Source of the DNA: the human T2T-CHM13v2.0 reference genome, Homo sapiens
Assembly (NCBI RefSeq): GCF_009914755.1
Contig: NC_060947.1
Reading direction: 5' to 3' (one strand)
Length of the DNA: 64,000 bases
Under the pieces are notes generated by a model, which was given only the letters and a program-made list of their open reading frames with translations, did no database searches and was not told the DNA's origin. Made by a program: the position numbers and the translations under genes. The number at the start of each line of letters is the position of its first letter. Position 1 is the first letter of the stretch. Below are positions 1 to 14,539 of this stretch, piece after piece.

Positions 1-185
1 TGGAGTCTGTAGGGTAGTGTCTCTTACATGTTGTCAGTTAGCCCTCTTGTCTCTATTGTATACCTCTTAACCTGGTTTACACTTTAAAAAATGCAGCCCA
101 AAATTACCCTTCCCCCAAAATAAGGTGCATTGCATAAAGATGTTTATATCAGTGTTATTAATAATAGCAACTTTTTCTGTCGTTT

Positions 186-490
186 TACTTTATTTGTTTA
201 TTTATTTTTTAGAGACAGAGTCTCGCTCTTGTCACTCAGGCTGGAGTGCAGTGTTGCAATCACAGCTTGCTGCAGCCTCAAGCTCCTGGACAAGGGATCC
301 TCCCGCTTCAGCCTCCCAAGTAGCTGGGACTAAGGTGTGTACGACAGTGCCTGACATATATTTAAAAAATTTTTTAAAGATGGGGTTCGCTATGTTGCCC
401 AGGCTGGTCTCAAACTCCAAGCATCAAGTGATCCTCTTGCCTCAGCTTCCCCAATGGCTGGGATTTACAGGCATGAGCCACCATGACCAG
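186..490 (-). mobile_element. Alu (AluJ-like), full dimer
   Basis: T-rich tail followed by GAGACAGAGTCTCGCTC...GGATTTACAGGCATGAGCCACC; diverged antisense Alu. Confidence 0.9.
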
Positions 491-781
491 TGCAACTTTT
501 GAAAATAATTCCAAATATTCCAAAAGCAGTTCAACGAAATACCTCAACAGCTATTATTTGAAAAGTATATGTATGTACTTGCGTTGATACTGTATATGGG
601 AAAGTATATATGAAATAATGTTGAATAAAGAAGAAACAAACATATATATACATTTATATGTATGAATATATAAACACATACACACATGTTTATTACTATT
701 GAGATTTTAGGAGAACATTGCACAAAATAAGTAGTTGTTTTAAAGTTATGTTTATCACTTTTTTTCCCTTTTTTGAAGGGA

Positions 782-1022
782 ATATTTATTGGGCATTTAT
801 TCTGTTTTAAGCACTGCACTGCACTGCACTGGGTGCTTTAAGTTGTATCATCGAATTTAATCCACTCAACGCACATAAAGAGTGGTTTCTGTTATAATCT
901 CCACCTTACAAATGAGGAAAAGAAAGCTCTGGGCTTGCCCAAGTAGTTTGGAAGTGGTAGAGATGATATCCAAATCCAGAAGGTCTGATTCCAGAGCCCA
1001 TGCTCCTTGTCACCATGCCATA
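782..1022 (-). mobile_element. MIR SINE
   Basis: Antisense MIR core: TTACAAATGAGGAAA...CTTGCCCAAG...TCTGATTCCAGAGCCCATGCTC. Confidence 0.75.
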
Positions 1023-1227
1023 GAGGGTTTTAATAATAGTTGTTTGTATAAAAATTAAATTTTAAAAATGAATGCAAAGTTTTAGTTATTTTTTAACTTA
1101 ATAAAAATTTAGAGATTTTGGTAAACTTTAATGCTTAACCTCCAGGGGAAAAAAAATCTTTTACAAATTTGTAAATGAGCTGGTTTCTTTGCATATCATG
1201 CAAAATAATATCTTAATCCTCATATAT

Positions 1228-1487
1228 AATAATAACAGCTATTAATTATCGAGTGCTTCATCTGTAACAGGGAGTAGCTACTGCTTTACATACATGATCA
1301 TATAATCCTCTCCAATATTGTATGAGGTAGCTATTATTATAATTACCATTTTTTTCTGCTGATGTAACCTGAGACTTACAGACATTAAAGAACTTTCCCA
1401 AGATTGCTTACCTAGTAAACAGCGGAGTCAAAACTCAAACCTAAACCTGACACTAAAGTCTATGCTGCCAACCTAAACTATGCTGCC
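1228..1487 (-). mobile_element. MIR SINE
   Basis: AATAATAACAGCTA...TATGAGGTAGCTATTATT...AACTTTCCCAAG, matching antisense MIR. Confidence 0.7.
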
Positions 1488-1756
1488 TTTTCTTGTATGT
1501 GTCAATACCACCTGTAGGATTTAGGGGGCATGCCAAATCTGTTTTCACTGTAATATTGTGGGCAATCCTATGTATTATAAAACAGTGACCCAGCTTTATC
1601 TCGACAAAAATAATCTTGTGGGAATTTCGTAGGACTGTGGGACCCCATGTAGATGGCACAATAAGAATCATCTCCTTTTGAACACTATGCATTGGGTCCA
1701 TCCCAAGAGTCATCATGTGTATCCCTTAGAAATATTTCTAGGTATACCCTAATTTC

Positions 1757-1962
<206 letters not shown>

Positions 1963-2554
1963 TAAAGCTCCATGGTTTTACTCTGGTATGAAGGATCCAG
2001 TGAACTGTGAAAACTTGTCTTTTTATCTGTGTGGCATGTAGACCCATGATAAAGCTATAGATTAATAACTCAGTATGATGTTTTTAAGCTCTCAGAACTC
2101 ACTTCAAAGTTTTCATCTTAAACTCTCCAAGTTGCAATTTCAAGATATTCTAAAAGATGTTGAAGTGGGGTGAGAGAATGTGAATGAGAAAAATTAGAGA
2201 GTTATCTGGAAAATTATTTTAATAAGATGGGTTACAAAGGGGTGGATAGGCTTGAGTGTGACATCAATTTTTAATAGGCTGAGCCTGATGAGGGTTCATA
2301 TCTGTCTATTAATGTAATATCACTAAGATACCTCTGGCTATAAAACCCATTATTCTGTGATTTCTTACTAACCCGAATCATTATTTACTTTATGTTTGAG
2401 GGAGCCTCTCTGGCAGAATCAGATTTTTTTAAAGATCTATTGTTACCCAGGTAACTGCAATAATTATGGTAGTATTAATAATTACAGAGAAGGAAGGAAA
2501 CTCAGGTACATCGAGGTAGTACTGAATGGTATGATGGCAAAAGCATCAGTATGA

Positions 2555-3236
2555 TGTCGTGTTGATTTCATGGTGCTCTGTAACAAACTAACACAAACTT
2601 TGTGGCTAAAAACAACATACATTTATTATCTCACTATTTCTGTGGGTCAGTAATCTAGATACAGATGAGTTGCATTCTCTGCTCCAGAGCTCACCAAGAT
2701 AAAAATCAAGATATCAGCCAGGGCTGCAATCTCATCTGAGACTTGGGGTCCCTCTCTCAAACTCACTGATTGCCCAAAAACTTCCTTACAATTGTAGGAC
2801 TGAAATCCTTGTTTTCTTGCTGGCTGTTGGCTGAGGACTACTCTGTTTCCAGAAGGATCCTCAGATCCTTGCCACGTGACCCCTTTTATAGGTAATTAAC
2901 ATGATTGGTTGCTTCTCCAAGGCCAGAAACAGAATCTCTTTGGTTTTGAACCTTTCTTTCAAGAAAGGACAGGACCCTCTTTTAAAGGGCTTGCCTGATT
3001 AGATAAGACCCACCCAAGATAATCTCTTTTTTGATTAACTTAAAGTCAACTGATTCAGTGCCTTAATTACATCAGCAAATTCCCTTCTCTTTGCCATGTA
3101 ACATAATCAAATCAGGGGAGTGTTATCCCATCCATATTCACAAGTCCTGCCCACACTCAAGTGGAGGGGATTATGTAGGGTATATATACTAGAGGGTGGA
3201 AATGATAGTGGCCATCTTAGAATTCTGCCTATGACA
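2555..3236 (-). mobile_element. MaLR solo LTR (MLT1E/F-like)
   Basis: TGTAACAAAC...AAAACAACATACATTTATTATCTCAC start and GCCATCTTAGAATTCTGCCTATGACA end, typical of antisense MLT1. Confidence 0.7.
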
Positions 3237-3405
3237 AAAAACTGGGGTTGCAGATCAAGTTGTAAATGAAAATATGTCTACACAAAAGCCTGAACATGAA
3301 TGTTTATAGCAGCATTGTTTAGAATAGCCAAAAAGTAGAAACAACTTAAATGTTCATCAACTGGTGACTGAATGAACAAAATGTGGTATATCCATACAAT
3401 AAAAT

Positions 3406-4096
3406 TGCTATGGTTTAAGTATGTCCCCTGAAAAGCATGTTTTGGAAACTTAATCCCCAATTCAGCCTAATTCCTATTAGGTGAGGCCTGATGAGTGATA
3501 TTTAGGTCATGAGGGCTACATTCTCATGAATGAACTAATGTTGATTACTAAAGGACTTGAGGGCTGGGTGCAGTGGTTCAATCCTGTAATCGCAGCACTT
3601 TGGGAGGTCTAGGCCAGTGGATCACTTGAGGTCAGGAGTTCAAGACCAGCCTGGCCAACATGGCGAAACCCCATCTCTACTAAAGATACAAAAATTAGCT
3701 GGGTGTGGTGGCACATGCTTTAATCCCAGCTCCTCAAGAGGCTGAGGCAGGAGAATCGCTTGAACTCAGGAGGCAGAAGTTGTTGTGAGCCAAGATCATG
3801 CCACTGCATTCCAGCCTGGGTGACAGAGCAAGTCTCCATCTCTAAATAAATAAATAAATAAATAAATAAAGGGCTTGAGGTTGTGAGTTTGATCTCTAAC
3901 ATGCACACGCATGCTTTCTTGCCCTTTCACCTTCTGCTTTCCAACATAGGGTGATGCAGAAAGAAGGCCCTTGTCAGATGCAGAGCCTTCAACCTTGGAC
4001 TTCCCAGTCTCCAGAACTGTAAAAAATAAATCTCTGTTCTTTATAAATTACCCCTTATCAGAAACTCTGTAATAACATTACAAACAGACCAAGACA
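3406..4096 (+). mobile_element. MaLR solo LTR (MST type), split by Alu
   Basis: TGCTATGGTTT start, AATAAA and AAACAGACCAAGACA end; 5-bp TSD AAAAT/GAAAT. Confidence 0.8.
3562..3870 (+). mobile_element. AluS with (TAAA)n tail
   Basis: Full dimer; TSD TAAAGGACTTGAG/TAAAGGGCTTGAG. Confidence 0.95.
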
Positions 4097-4479
4097 GAAA
4101 TATTATTGAGCCATACAAAGGAATTAGGTGTTGATACATGCTACAACATGGATGGACCTTGCAAACATTATGCTAAGTGAAAAAAACAAAAAATACCATA
4201 TATGATTCCATTTATATGAAATGGCCAGAATAACAAATCTGTAAAGATAGAATGTTAGATTAGTGATTGCCTAGTGCTGGGGAATTGGAATACCTGCTAA
4301 TGTATATGAGGTTTCTTTTTGAAGCAATAAAAATATGTTCTAAAGTTGATTGTGGTGATGGTTGCGAAACTCCATGAATATACTAAAAACTATTGAATCA
4401 TACACTTTATAGGTGAATTATATAGTATATGAATTATAGCTAATAAAACTTTAAAAAAAAATCATGTTGTATTACTTGC

Positions 4480-4655
4480 CAGCTTCTTTGATGTTTGGCA
4501 ATTCAAATTCAGTTTCCTCACCCTTAAGTAGATTTAAGTAAATATAATACTCTCCCTAAGTGAATAAAATACCTCCTTCACGAGGTTGCTGTGAGGTTCA
4601 AATGAAGTAATTATGATAAATTGTTTTGTAAACTTCAAAATGCTATACAAATTTT
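4480..4655 (+). mobile_element. MIR-family fragment
   Basis: TCAGTTTCCTCA...GGTTGCTGTGAGGTTCAAATGA core. Confidence 0.5.
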
Positions 4656-4744
4656 TTAATTGTTATTGTGTAGTATATAACTTTGCAACCAAGGCAAGAT
4701 CAACTTAATCCTTTTTTTTTTTTTGGCTGTCTTGTCTCCCAATA

Positions 4745-4985
4745 TATTAATCCCAATAGCTGGGTATCATTTCTATATTTCCAAGACTAAATCCTTCTCC
4801 CCCTAGTATGTCCATTTCCTTTCATTCTCAACAGAAGTGGAGAACAGTTGCTCAATACTATCTATTCTTTCATCTACTTGAAGTCTTTTCTTTAAAATTC
4901 CTCAATTCTTCTCCCCCACATCAATAAGCTAATCCAGTTTCAAAGCTCAACAAGCCCAGTTTGTTTAACCTTTACTTATAAACCC
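4745..4985 (-). mobile_element. Probable L3/CR1 LINE relic
   Basis: GGAGAACAGTTG...TACTTGAAG...AACAAGCCCAGTT...AACCTTT resembles the antisense CR1 3' region. Confidence 0.4.
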
Positions 4986-5433
4986 TTATAAATTGAAATA
5001 TCTTTTCCCCTTATCTGATCCTTTTATATGTAAAAGGTAAACAAGGGCTTCAGGATTAAAAGTCAGATCTGCCTTTGGGGTCTATGTATAACAAGGAATG
5101 TTTAAAGCGAAGGTCAAGGAAAGGATAAGAGATTGGGGACTGGAAGAGTCATTTTATTTAATTGAAACTAAGAAGAATCCACAGGGATTACAATTCTCCA
5201 ATGTTTGAAGCAGCAGATGAAATAACACAAGAAAAGATTGATAGGCATGTCAATGACATGTTTAAATGCCTGCAGTATAATACCAAAGAGAAAGGCTAAA
5301 TTAACAAAAAGTATTAATTAGGTAAAGCACATTCATATGGAGAAAAATTGAAAGGTGAAACAGATGATTGGTCAATTTTTAAAAGTTTAATGATTTTTTA
5401 ATATTGTTTTCTGTTTTTTAAGATAATAAATTT

Positions 5434-5568
5434 TTTCTTTTTTAAAAAAGTAGAGATGAGGTCTCACTATGTTGCCCAGGGTGCTATTGAACTCCTGAGT
5501 GCAAATGATCCTCCTGCCTCAGCCTCCCAAAATGCTAGGATTACAGGGGTGAGCCACTGCACCTGACT
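5434..5568 (-). mobile_element. Free left Alu monomer (FLAM-like)
   Basis: Monomer flanked by TSD ATAATAAATTT (5423-5433, 5571-5581). Confidence 0.85.
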
Positions 5569-6247
5569 AAATAATAAATTTGACATAAAAATGATGAAGA
5601 ATTCACATATCATGGAAAGTTTCTGAAATATAACTTATTCTCTAGCTCATTCAGATTATTAGCAAGATCGGGGGAAAATCATTAACCTAGCACATAATCA
5701 GCAACGATATTTTAAGTTTAGGATTTAAATATGATGCAGGACTGTCAATACCAGAATATCCTCGGACAAAATGGGATGGTTGGTCATTCTAGTTTAGTCT
5801 TACAATAATTTTGTCTGTAAGGGGCTTGTTATCATTTTATTCCTCTTTTGTACTCATTGTATATGATAATTAAAATCAACATGATTTTTAAACCCTGTTT
5901 TTCAACCCTCTTTCCATATTTTAAACACTTCTCCTGTCTCCTCCCTATTTACCAATTACCAACCTATTCTGAAAAGAAATTGCATTTGAGAAGAATGATA
6001 TTGTAATAACAGATAAAAATAGGAATGTCAGTTTCCACTCAGTAGGGATAGTGTTGAGCATGTTGTCTGTAACACTTTCTGGAGAAGAGAAAGTCGGACA
6101 AACTACGACAGCCTCCTCCATGGAGCTAACTTCATAACAAAGGTGGGTTCATGAGACTATATAATAGCTTGATGCCCCCAATCCTTAAGACCATTCAAAT
6201 TCATCTGCTCAGATCCTCTACTCACCAAATAGCCTTCTTTCCAATTC

Positions 6248-7045
6248 TTTTTTTTTAACATTTTTATTGTGAATAATGTAAATAAAAGTGTATAAAAGAT
6301 AAATGAACAATTCTATGAATTCTTTAAAATCTGAGCATATCCAAGCAGCTACCACCCAGGTGAAGAAACAGAGCATTAACAAATTCCCAGGAGCCCCCAG
6401 TAATAAATCTTCTCTTCTCCACAAAAGAAAACTAAAGACATCCTTACTTTGGTTACACTTGCCTTCTTTTAAATTTTATTTAATGGAATCATATAGTTAT
6501 TTTCTACATCTGGTGTTTTTATTTAATCTTCTCTTTGTGATCCACGTTGTGACATATAGCTGTATAATTTTTTATTACCATGTAGTATTCCATTGCATGA
6601 ATATTCCATTGCATGGACATTTGGGTTGTTTCCATTTTGGGGTCATCATGAATAACGCTGCTATAAATATTCTTATATACATCCCTTGGGTGTACATGTG
6701 CATGCATTTCTTTTGTGAATAGACTTGGGAGTAGAATCTCTGAATCATGTATCTTCAGCAATACTTGATATTGTACATCCTTTTCAGTTTTGGTATTCTG
6801 CTAATGTGCAGTGGTATCTCTACATTTTCAATTTGTATTTTCTTTTTGTAATTTGCACTTTCCCTATGAAATTTAGCACTGTAAAAAATTTGTATCAGTA
6901 ATTGGGGTATCCTCTTTTGTGAAATGCTTGATCAAGCCTCCTGCTGATTTTCATGTTCTTTTTTATATACAAGCACATTTATATATTCTGATATAAGTTT
7001 CCTGTTGGTTGTATGTATTACAAAAATCTTTCCCCACACCGGATC
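6248..7045 (-). mobile_element. Old L1M (L1ME-like) 3' end
   Basis: GTAGTATTCCATTG...GGACATTTGGGTTGTTTCCA...GCTGCTATAAATATTC antisense L1 3' motifs. Confidence 0.75.
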
Positions 7046-7420
7046 TCCTAAAGTTGTATGTAAAGCATGAATTGTACGACTTCAGAATTGCTCTTTAAAT
7101 TATTCATGGGCCTGGATCATATATGTCTCTTTATCATCTTTAAGTAACTATCATATTAGACCCATAATGGGGGTTCAAGCAATATTTGAATTAAATCATT
7201 GAAGGACTTGGTGAATTGATTTTTGTGTAGTTTTTAAATGCTATGTTTCACTTTCCATATGCATTTAATCTTATAATTTCAAAAATAGTTTCCAAACATT
7301 ACTATGCAATGTTGAGCATTTTCTCATATGCTTGTTGGCCACGTGTATATTTTCTTTTGAAAAGTGTCTGTCCAGGTCCTTTTCACACATTTTAACAGGG
7401 TTTTTTGGTTTTTGCTTGTT

Positions 7421-8090
7421 TTTTGTTTTTTTTTTTCAAATGTTCACTTTACTTTTAATTTGTGATTGCAGGCAACATTCACATATCCTGGACTGTGACA
7501 CATCAGCATTTGTTTCCCTTAGCCAGCCCAAACAAGTACAAATTGGTAAGTGTTTTGGATTTCTGTTTTATGTATTAAATACAGTGAGAGGTTGCCCTCC
7601 CACTGTCCCCCTCAATTCAAAGCTACGGGCTCAGTCAGCTTGCAGGCATTGCTGCCTGTTTTTTAGCTTGTCTCTGAAATAAATGAAATAATTAGCAAGT
7701 ATCATGGACAGATGAGAAAATAAGACAAATCTGTGATTCATTAGGTATGCTACTAGTATATTTTGTCATTTACCTCCGTTCTGTTCCTTTCCCATCGCAC
7801 TTTTTCTAAAATGAATTGCAGATTTACTTTCAGAATGAGAAGTACCTGTAGTAAATTGATGCCTACATTGACCTGTCCATCTCTGTACTTTCCCCACTTA
7901 TTTGTACATATTTGAGATTTATTCACCCCATTAAACTTGTATCAAATACTTGTTTTACAAACAAATAAACTGAATATTTTATTTGCTTTTAAAATAAGGT
8001 TGTAAAAAGATGGAACACCTCATCTCTTATTGGACCCAAAATAATTTTGATATTAACCATCATTAAATGTTCTGTTTTCTTTTTTTGGGT
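7421..8090 (-). other. Putative L1PB 3'-transduced non-repeat segment
   Basis: Lies between the L1PB 3' end and a terminal poly(A) (T run 7419-7436); ATTAAA on the minus strand ~20 nt before the tail. Confidence 0.6.
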
Positions 8091-8181
8091 GGGGGCGGGG
8101 TTATTTAAAAATTTTGTCCTTTTTTATCATTTTTAAAATTTCCGTAGGTTTTGGGGGAACAGGTGGTATTTGGTTACATGA

Positions 8182-8494
<313 letters not shown>

Positions 8495-9641
8495 GTGAGT
8501 AAGTTCTTTAGTGGTGATTTGTAATATTTTGGTTTACCCATCACCTGAGCAGGATACATTGAACCCATTTTGTAGCTTTTTATTCCTCACCCCCTTCCCA
8601 CCCTTTTCCCCTGAATCTCCAAAGTCTGTTGTATCATTCTTATGCCTTTGCATCCTTATAGCTTAGCTCCCACTTACGAGTGACAACATATGATGTTTGG
8701 TTTTCCATTCCTGAGTTACTTCACTTAGACTAATAGTCTCCAATCCCATCCAGGTTGCTGCAAATGCCATTAATTCGTTCCGTTTTATGGTTGAGTAGTA
8801 TTCCACAGTGTATATATACTACAGTTTCTTTATTCACTTGTTGATTGATGGCCATCTGGGTGGGTTCCATATTTTTGCAATTGTAAATTTTGCTGCTATA
8901 AACATGTATGTGCAAATGTCTTTTTCAGATAATGACTTCTTTTCCTCTGGGTAGATACCTAGGAGTAAGATTGCTGGATCAAATGGTAGTTCTACTTTTA
9001 GTTCTTTAAGGAATCTCCACACTGTTTTCCATTAGTTGACATTCCCACCAGCAGTGTAGAAGTGTTCCCTTTTCACTGCATCCACACCAACATCTATTAT
9101 TTTTTTTGGTTTTTTAATTATGGCCATTCTTGTGGGAGTAAAGTGTTATTGCACTGTGGTTTTGATTTTAATTTCCATCTTGATTTCATTGTTGACTCAA
9201 TGATCATTTAGGAGCAGGCTATTTAATTTCCATATATTGGCATGGTTTTGAGGGTTCCTTTTGGAGTTGATTTCAAATTTTATTCCACTGTGGCTGAGAG
9301 AGTACCTGATATAATTTTGATTTTCTTAAATTTATTAAGACTTGTTTTGTGGCCTATCATGTGTTCTATCTTGCAGAAAGTTCCATGTGCTGATGAATAG
9401 AATGTATACTCTGTGGTTGTTAGATAGAATGTTCTGTAAGTATCTGTTAAGTCCATTTGTTCCAGAGTATAGTTTAAGTCCATTGTTTCTTTGTTGACTT
9501 TCTGTCTTGATGACCTGTCTAGTGCTGTCAGTGGAGTATTGAAGTTTCACACTATTATCATGTTGCTATCTCATTTCTTAGGTCTAGTAGTAATTGTTTT
9601 ATAAATTTGGGAGCTCCACTGTTAGGTGCATATATTCTTAG

Positions 9642-10001
<360 letters not shown>

Positions 10002-12199
10002 TGTCTTTTTTAACTGCTTTTGCTTCAAAGTTCTTTTTGTCTGATATAAGGATAGCTACTCCAGCTCGCTTTTGGTGTCCATTTGCATGGAATATCTTTT
10101 TCCACCCCTTTATCTTAAGTTTATGTGAGTCCTTATGTGTTGGGTGAGTCTCTTGAAGATGGCAGATACTTGGTTGGTTAATTCTTACCCATTCTGCAAT
10201 TCTGTAATCTTTTAAGTAGAGCATTTAGGCCATTTACATTCAATATTAGTATTGAGATTTGAGATACTATTTCATTCATTATGCTAGTTGTTACCTGAAT
10301 ACCTTGTTTTTTTTATTGTGTTATTGTTTTATAGGTCCTGTGAGATTTATGCTTTAAGGAGGTCCTCTTCTGGTGTATTTCAAGGTTTTGTTTCAATATC
10401 TAGGATTCCTTTTAGTATTTCTTGTAGTGCTGGCTTGGTAGTGGCAAATTCTGTCAGTATTTGTTTGTCTGAAAAAGGCTATCTCTCCTTCATTTATGAT
10501 GCTTAGTTTTGCTGCATACAAAATTCTTAGCTGATAATTTATTTAAGGAAGTTAACAATAGGACCCCAATCCCTTCTAACTTGTAGGGTTTCTGCTGAGA
10601 AATCTGCGTTATTCTGATAGATTTTCCTTTATAGGTTCCCTGGTGTTTTTGCCTCAGAGCTCTTAAGATTCTTTCCTTTGTCTTGACTTTAGAAAACCTG
10701 ATGATGATGTACCTAGACAATGATCTTTTTGTGGTGAATTTCCCAGGTGTTCTTTGAGCTTTTTGTATTTGAACATCTAGGTCTCCAGCAAGGCTAGGGA
10801 AGTTTTCCTCAATTATTCCCCCAAATATGTTTTTCAGACTTTTAGATTTCTCTTCTTCCTCAGGAACACTAATTATTCTTGGGTCTGGTCATTTAACATA
10901 ATCCCAACCTTCTTGGAGGCTTTGTTCATTTTTTAAAATTATTTTTTCTTTGTCTTTGTTGGATTTGGTTAAATCAAAAGCCTTGTCTTCGAGCTCTGAG
11001 GTTCTTTCTTTTGCTTGTTCGATTCTATTGCTAAGACTTTCCAGTACATTTTGCATTTTGCTAAATGTGTCCTTTATTTCTTGAAGTTGTGATTGTTTTT
11101 TATTTACGCTATCTATTTCACTGAATATTTCTCCCCTCATATCTTGTATCATTTTTTCATTTCCTTAAATTGGATTTTACCTTTCTCTGGTGCCTCCTTG
11201 ATTAAGTTAATACTTGACCTTCCGCATTCTTTTTCAGGTAAATCCGGGATTTCTTTTTGGTTTGGATCCATTGCTGGTGAGCTAGTGTGATTTTTGGGGG
11301 GTGTTAAAGAAGGTTGTTTTTTTTTTTATGTTACCAGAATTGTTTTTCTGGTTTCTTCTCATTTGGGTAGGCTATGTCATAGGGAAGATCTGGGTCTCAA
11401 TGCTGCTTTTTCAGATTCTTTTGTCCCATGGGGTGTTCTCTTGAGGTAGTACTCTTCCCATTTTCCTAGGGATGTGGCTTCCTGAGAGCCGAACTCTAAT
11501 GATTGTTATTTCTTTTCTGGCTCTAGCCACCCAGCAGGGCTCCCAGGCTCCAGGTTGGTACTGGGGGTTGTCTGCACAGAGTCCTGTGATGTGAACTGTC
11601 TTCAGGTCTCTCAGCCATGAATACCAGCACCTGCTCTGGTGGAGGTGACAGGGGAGTGAAATGGACTCTGTGAGAGTCCTTAGTTTTGGTTGTTTAATGC
11701 ACTATTTTTATGCTCGTTGGCCTCCTGCCAGGACATGGCAGGCTTTCAAGAGAGCATCAGCTATGGTAGTATAGGAAGGATCAGGTGATCGGTGGAGCTC
11801 TAGAACTCTCTATAGAATATGCCCTTTGTCTTCAGCTACCAGGATGGGTAGAGAAAGACCATTAGGTGGGGGCAGGGTTAGGCATGTACGAGCTCAGACT
11901 CTCTTTGGGCTGAGCTTGCTGAGGCTGCTGTGGGGGATAGGGGTGTGGTTCCCAAATCAATGGAGTTATGTTCCCAGGAGGATTATGGCTGTCTCTGTTG
12001 TGTCATCCAAGTTATCAGGGAAGTGGGGGAAAGCTGGCAGTTACAGGCCTCACCCAGCTCCCACACAACCCAAAAGGTCGGTCTGACTCCCATCATGCTC
12101 TCCCCAACAGCACCAAGTTTGTTTCCAGGCAGTGGGTGAGCAGGGCTGAGAACTTGCCCAGGCTACCAGCCTCCCAGCTGAGAAAGCAAGCAGTGCTTT

Positions 12200-13825
12200 T
12201 GTGTCCGGAATTGGTGGGTTCTTGGTCTCACTGACTTCAAGAATGAAGCCACGGACCCTTGCGGTGAGTGTTACAGCTCTTAAGGTGGTGCCTCTGGAGT
12301 CTGTCCTTTTTGATGTTTAGATGTGTTCGGAGTTTCTTCTTTCTGGTGGGTTCGTGGTCTCGCTGGCTTAGGAGTGAAGCTGCAGACTTTCGCGGTGAGT
12401 GTAACAGCTCTTAAGGCAGCGCGTTTGGAGTTGTTTTTTCCTCCCGGTGGGCTCGTGGTCTCGCTGGGCTCAGGAGTGAAGCTGCAGATTTTCGCAGTGA
12501 GTGTTACAGCTCATAAAAGCAGCGTGGACCTAAAGAGTGAGCAGTAGCAAGATTTATTGTAAAGAGCGAAAGAACAAATCTTCCACAGTGTGGAAGGGGA
12601 CCTGAGCGGGTTGCACTGCTGGCTCGGGCAGCCTGCTTTTATTCTCTCATCTGGCCTCACCTACATCCTGCTGATTGGTAGAGCCGAGTGGCCTGTTTTG
12701 ACAGGGCGCTGATTGGGGTGTTTACAATCTCTGAGCTAGATACAAAGGTTTTCCATGTCCTTATCAGATTAGTTAGATACAGAGTTTCGACACACAGGTT
12801 CTCTAAGGCCCTACTAGAGCAGCTAGACACAGAGTGTCGATTGGTGCATTCACAAACATTGAGCTAAACACAGGGTGCTGATTGGTGTGTTTACAAACCT
12901 TGAGCTAGATATAGAGTGCTGATTGGTGTATTTACAATCCTTGAGCTAGACATAAAGGTTTTCCAAGGCCCCACCAGAGCAGCTAGATACAGAGTGTCAA
13001 TTGGTGTATTTACAATCCTTGAGCTAGACATAAAGGTTCTCCAAGGCCCCACCAGAGCAGCTAGATACAGAGTGTCGATTGGTACACTCACAAACCTTGA
13101 GCTAGACACAGGGTGCTGATTGGTGTGTTTACAATCCTTGAGCTAGATATAAAGACTCTCCACGTCCCCACCAGACTCAGGAGCCTAGCTGGCTTCACCT
13201 AGTGGATCCTACACCGGGGCTGCAGGTGGAGCTGCCTGCCAGTCTCGCACCGTGCGCTCACACTCCTCAGCCCTTGGGTGGTCGATGGGACTGGGTGCCA
13301 TGGAGCAGGGGGAAGTGCTCGTCGGGGAGGCTCAGGCCACACAGGAGCCCATGGAGTGGGTGGGAGGCTTAGGCATGGCAGACTGCAGGTCCTGAGCCCT
13401 GCCCCGTGGGAAGGCAGCTAAGGCTCGGTGAGAAATTGAGCGCAGCGCTGGTGGGCTGGCACTGCTGGGGGACCCAGTACACCTTCTGCAGCCACTGGCC
13501 CGGGTGCTAAGTCCCTCATTGCCCGGGGCTGGCAGGGCTGGCCGGCTGCTCCGAGTGCGGGGCCCGCCAAGCCCACGCCTACCCGGAACTCCAGCTGGCC
13601 CGCAAGCGCCGCATGCAGCCCCGGTTCCCGCTCCCGCCTCTCCCTCCACACCTCCCTGCAAGCTGAGGGAGTGGGCTCCAGCCTTGGCCAGCCTAGAAAG
13701 GGGCTCCCACAGTGCAGTGGTGGGCTGAAGGGCTCCTCAAATGCCGCCAAACTGGGAGCCCGGGCAGAGGAAGTGCCAAGAGCGAGTGAGGGCTGTGAGG
13801 ACTGCCAGCACACTGTCACCTCTCA
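12200..13825 (-). repeat. 3' LTR (LTR12C-like)
   Basis: Minus strand TGAGAGGTGACAG...AATTCCGGACACA; polypurine tract adjacent at 13826-13842. Confidence 0.92.
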
Positions 13826-13882
13826 ATCCCCCCTCTAAACAGGACACCCCAACTGCTGTTGGGAATTTGGCCAATGACCGCT

Positions 13883-14420
13883 CTAGCTACCTCCTGCTGG
13901 GTAGGGGCAAAGAAGGGGCCCTGCAGTTGTAGTGTCCTTCAGAGGAGAACTCTCTAGGCCAGGGGAAGTGCCAGTGGGTCGGTCCAGGGGTCCCCAGTAG
14001 AAGTTGTTAGTTGAACTCATTTGGGGTTCCATTTGTAAGACCATCTGTAGCTTGATGGCCTCGATTCTAGAGGAAACAAATTTGACAAGAAGGTTAAACA
14101 TACAGGGCCTAAAGGTGAGTAACAGCAAGATGGCTGACACGGGACCTAGAAAGGGGAGAAGCCATGTTGCCTAACTCTAGAGATTGGTATAAGAATTTGA
14201 AAGGCGTTGTCTGATTTCAGAAGCCTTTTCCTGTAAACCCCAGGCGGCATCTCATACTATCCCTTACTGGTTAGTGTAAAAACAACACTCTTCCCCTAAG
14301 AAGGTGTAGCGTCCTCCTTTTTCAGCAGTGAGGAGGTCTAGGCCTCAGTGGTTTTGGAGAGTCACTGCTGCCAAAGAGTCTGTTTGGGATTGTAAAGGAA
14401 GAATAGATTTTGTTATTTCT
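13883..14420 (-). pseudogene. env: ERV9 env TM remnant
   Basis: QSQTDSLAAVTLQNH (ISD-like), WLLPFLGP, FVSSRIEAIKLQMVLQMEPQM; contains stops. Confidence 0.85.
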
Positions 14421-14539
14421 TGCAAACTGTCTGAGAGGCAGATATGGGTTGAAGATCCACATAAGTAGAATATGCCTTGGCTGTGTAGATAGAAATTTAC
14501 CTTGGCTTTTAAAGGAATAGGGTACACTGTTTTTTCTTT

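Larger units (their letters stand above)
3266..4460 (+). mobile_element. L1MB-like 3' end, split by MST LTR
   Basis: ATGTTTATAGCAGCATTG...ATGTGGTATATCCATACAAT resumes after 4096 as TATTATTGAGCCATA...ATGCTACAACATGGATG; ends AATAAA plus A tract. Confidence 0.8.

Noticed and set aside
125-502. 125-aa ORF and similar ORFs at 9660-10044, 36206-36520, 44848-45324, 46035-46538
   Set aside because: Typical Alu-derived translations.
5990-6230. Possible host exon in a non-repeat stretch (also 1490-1740)
   Set aside because: No recognisable protein similarity or convincing splice-bounded open frame.
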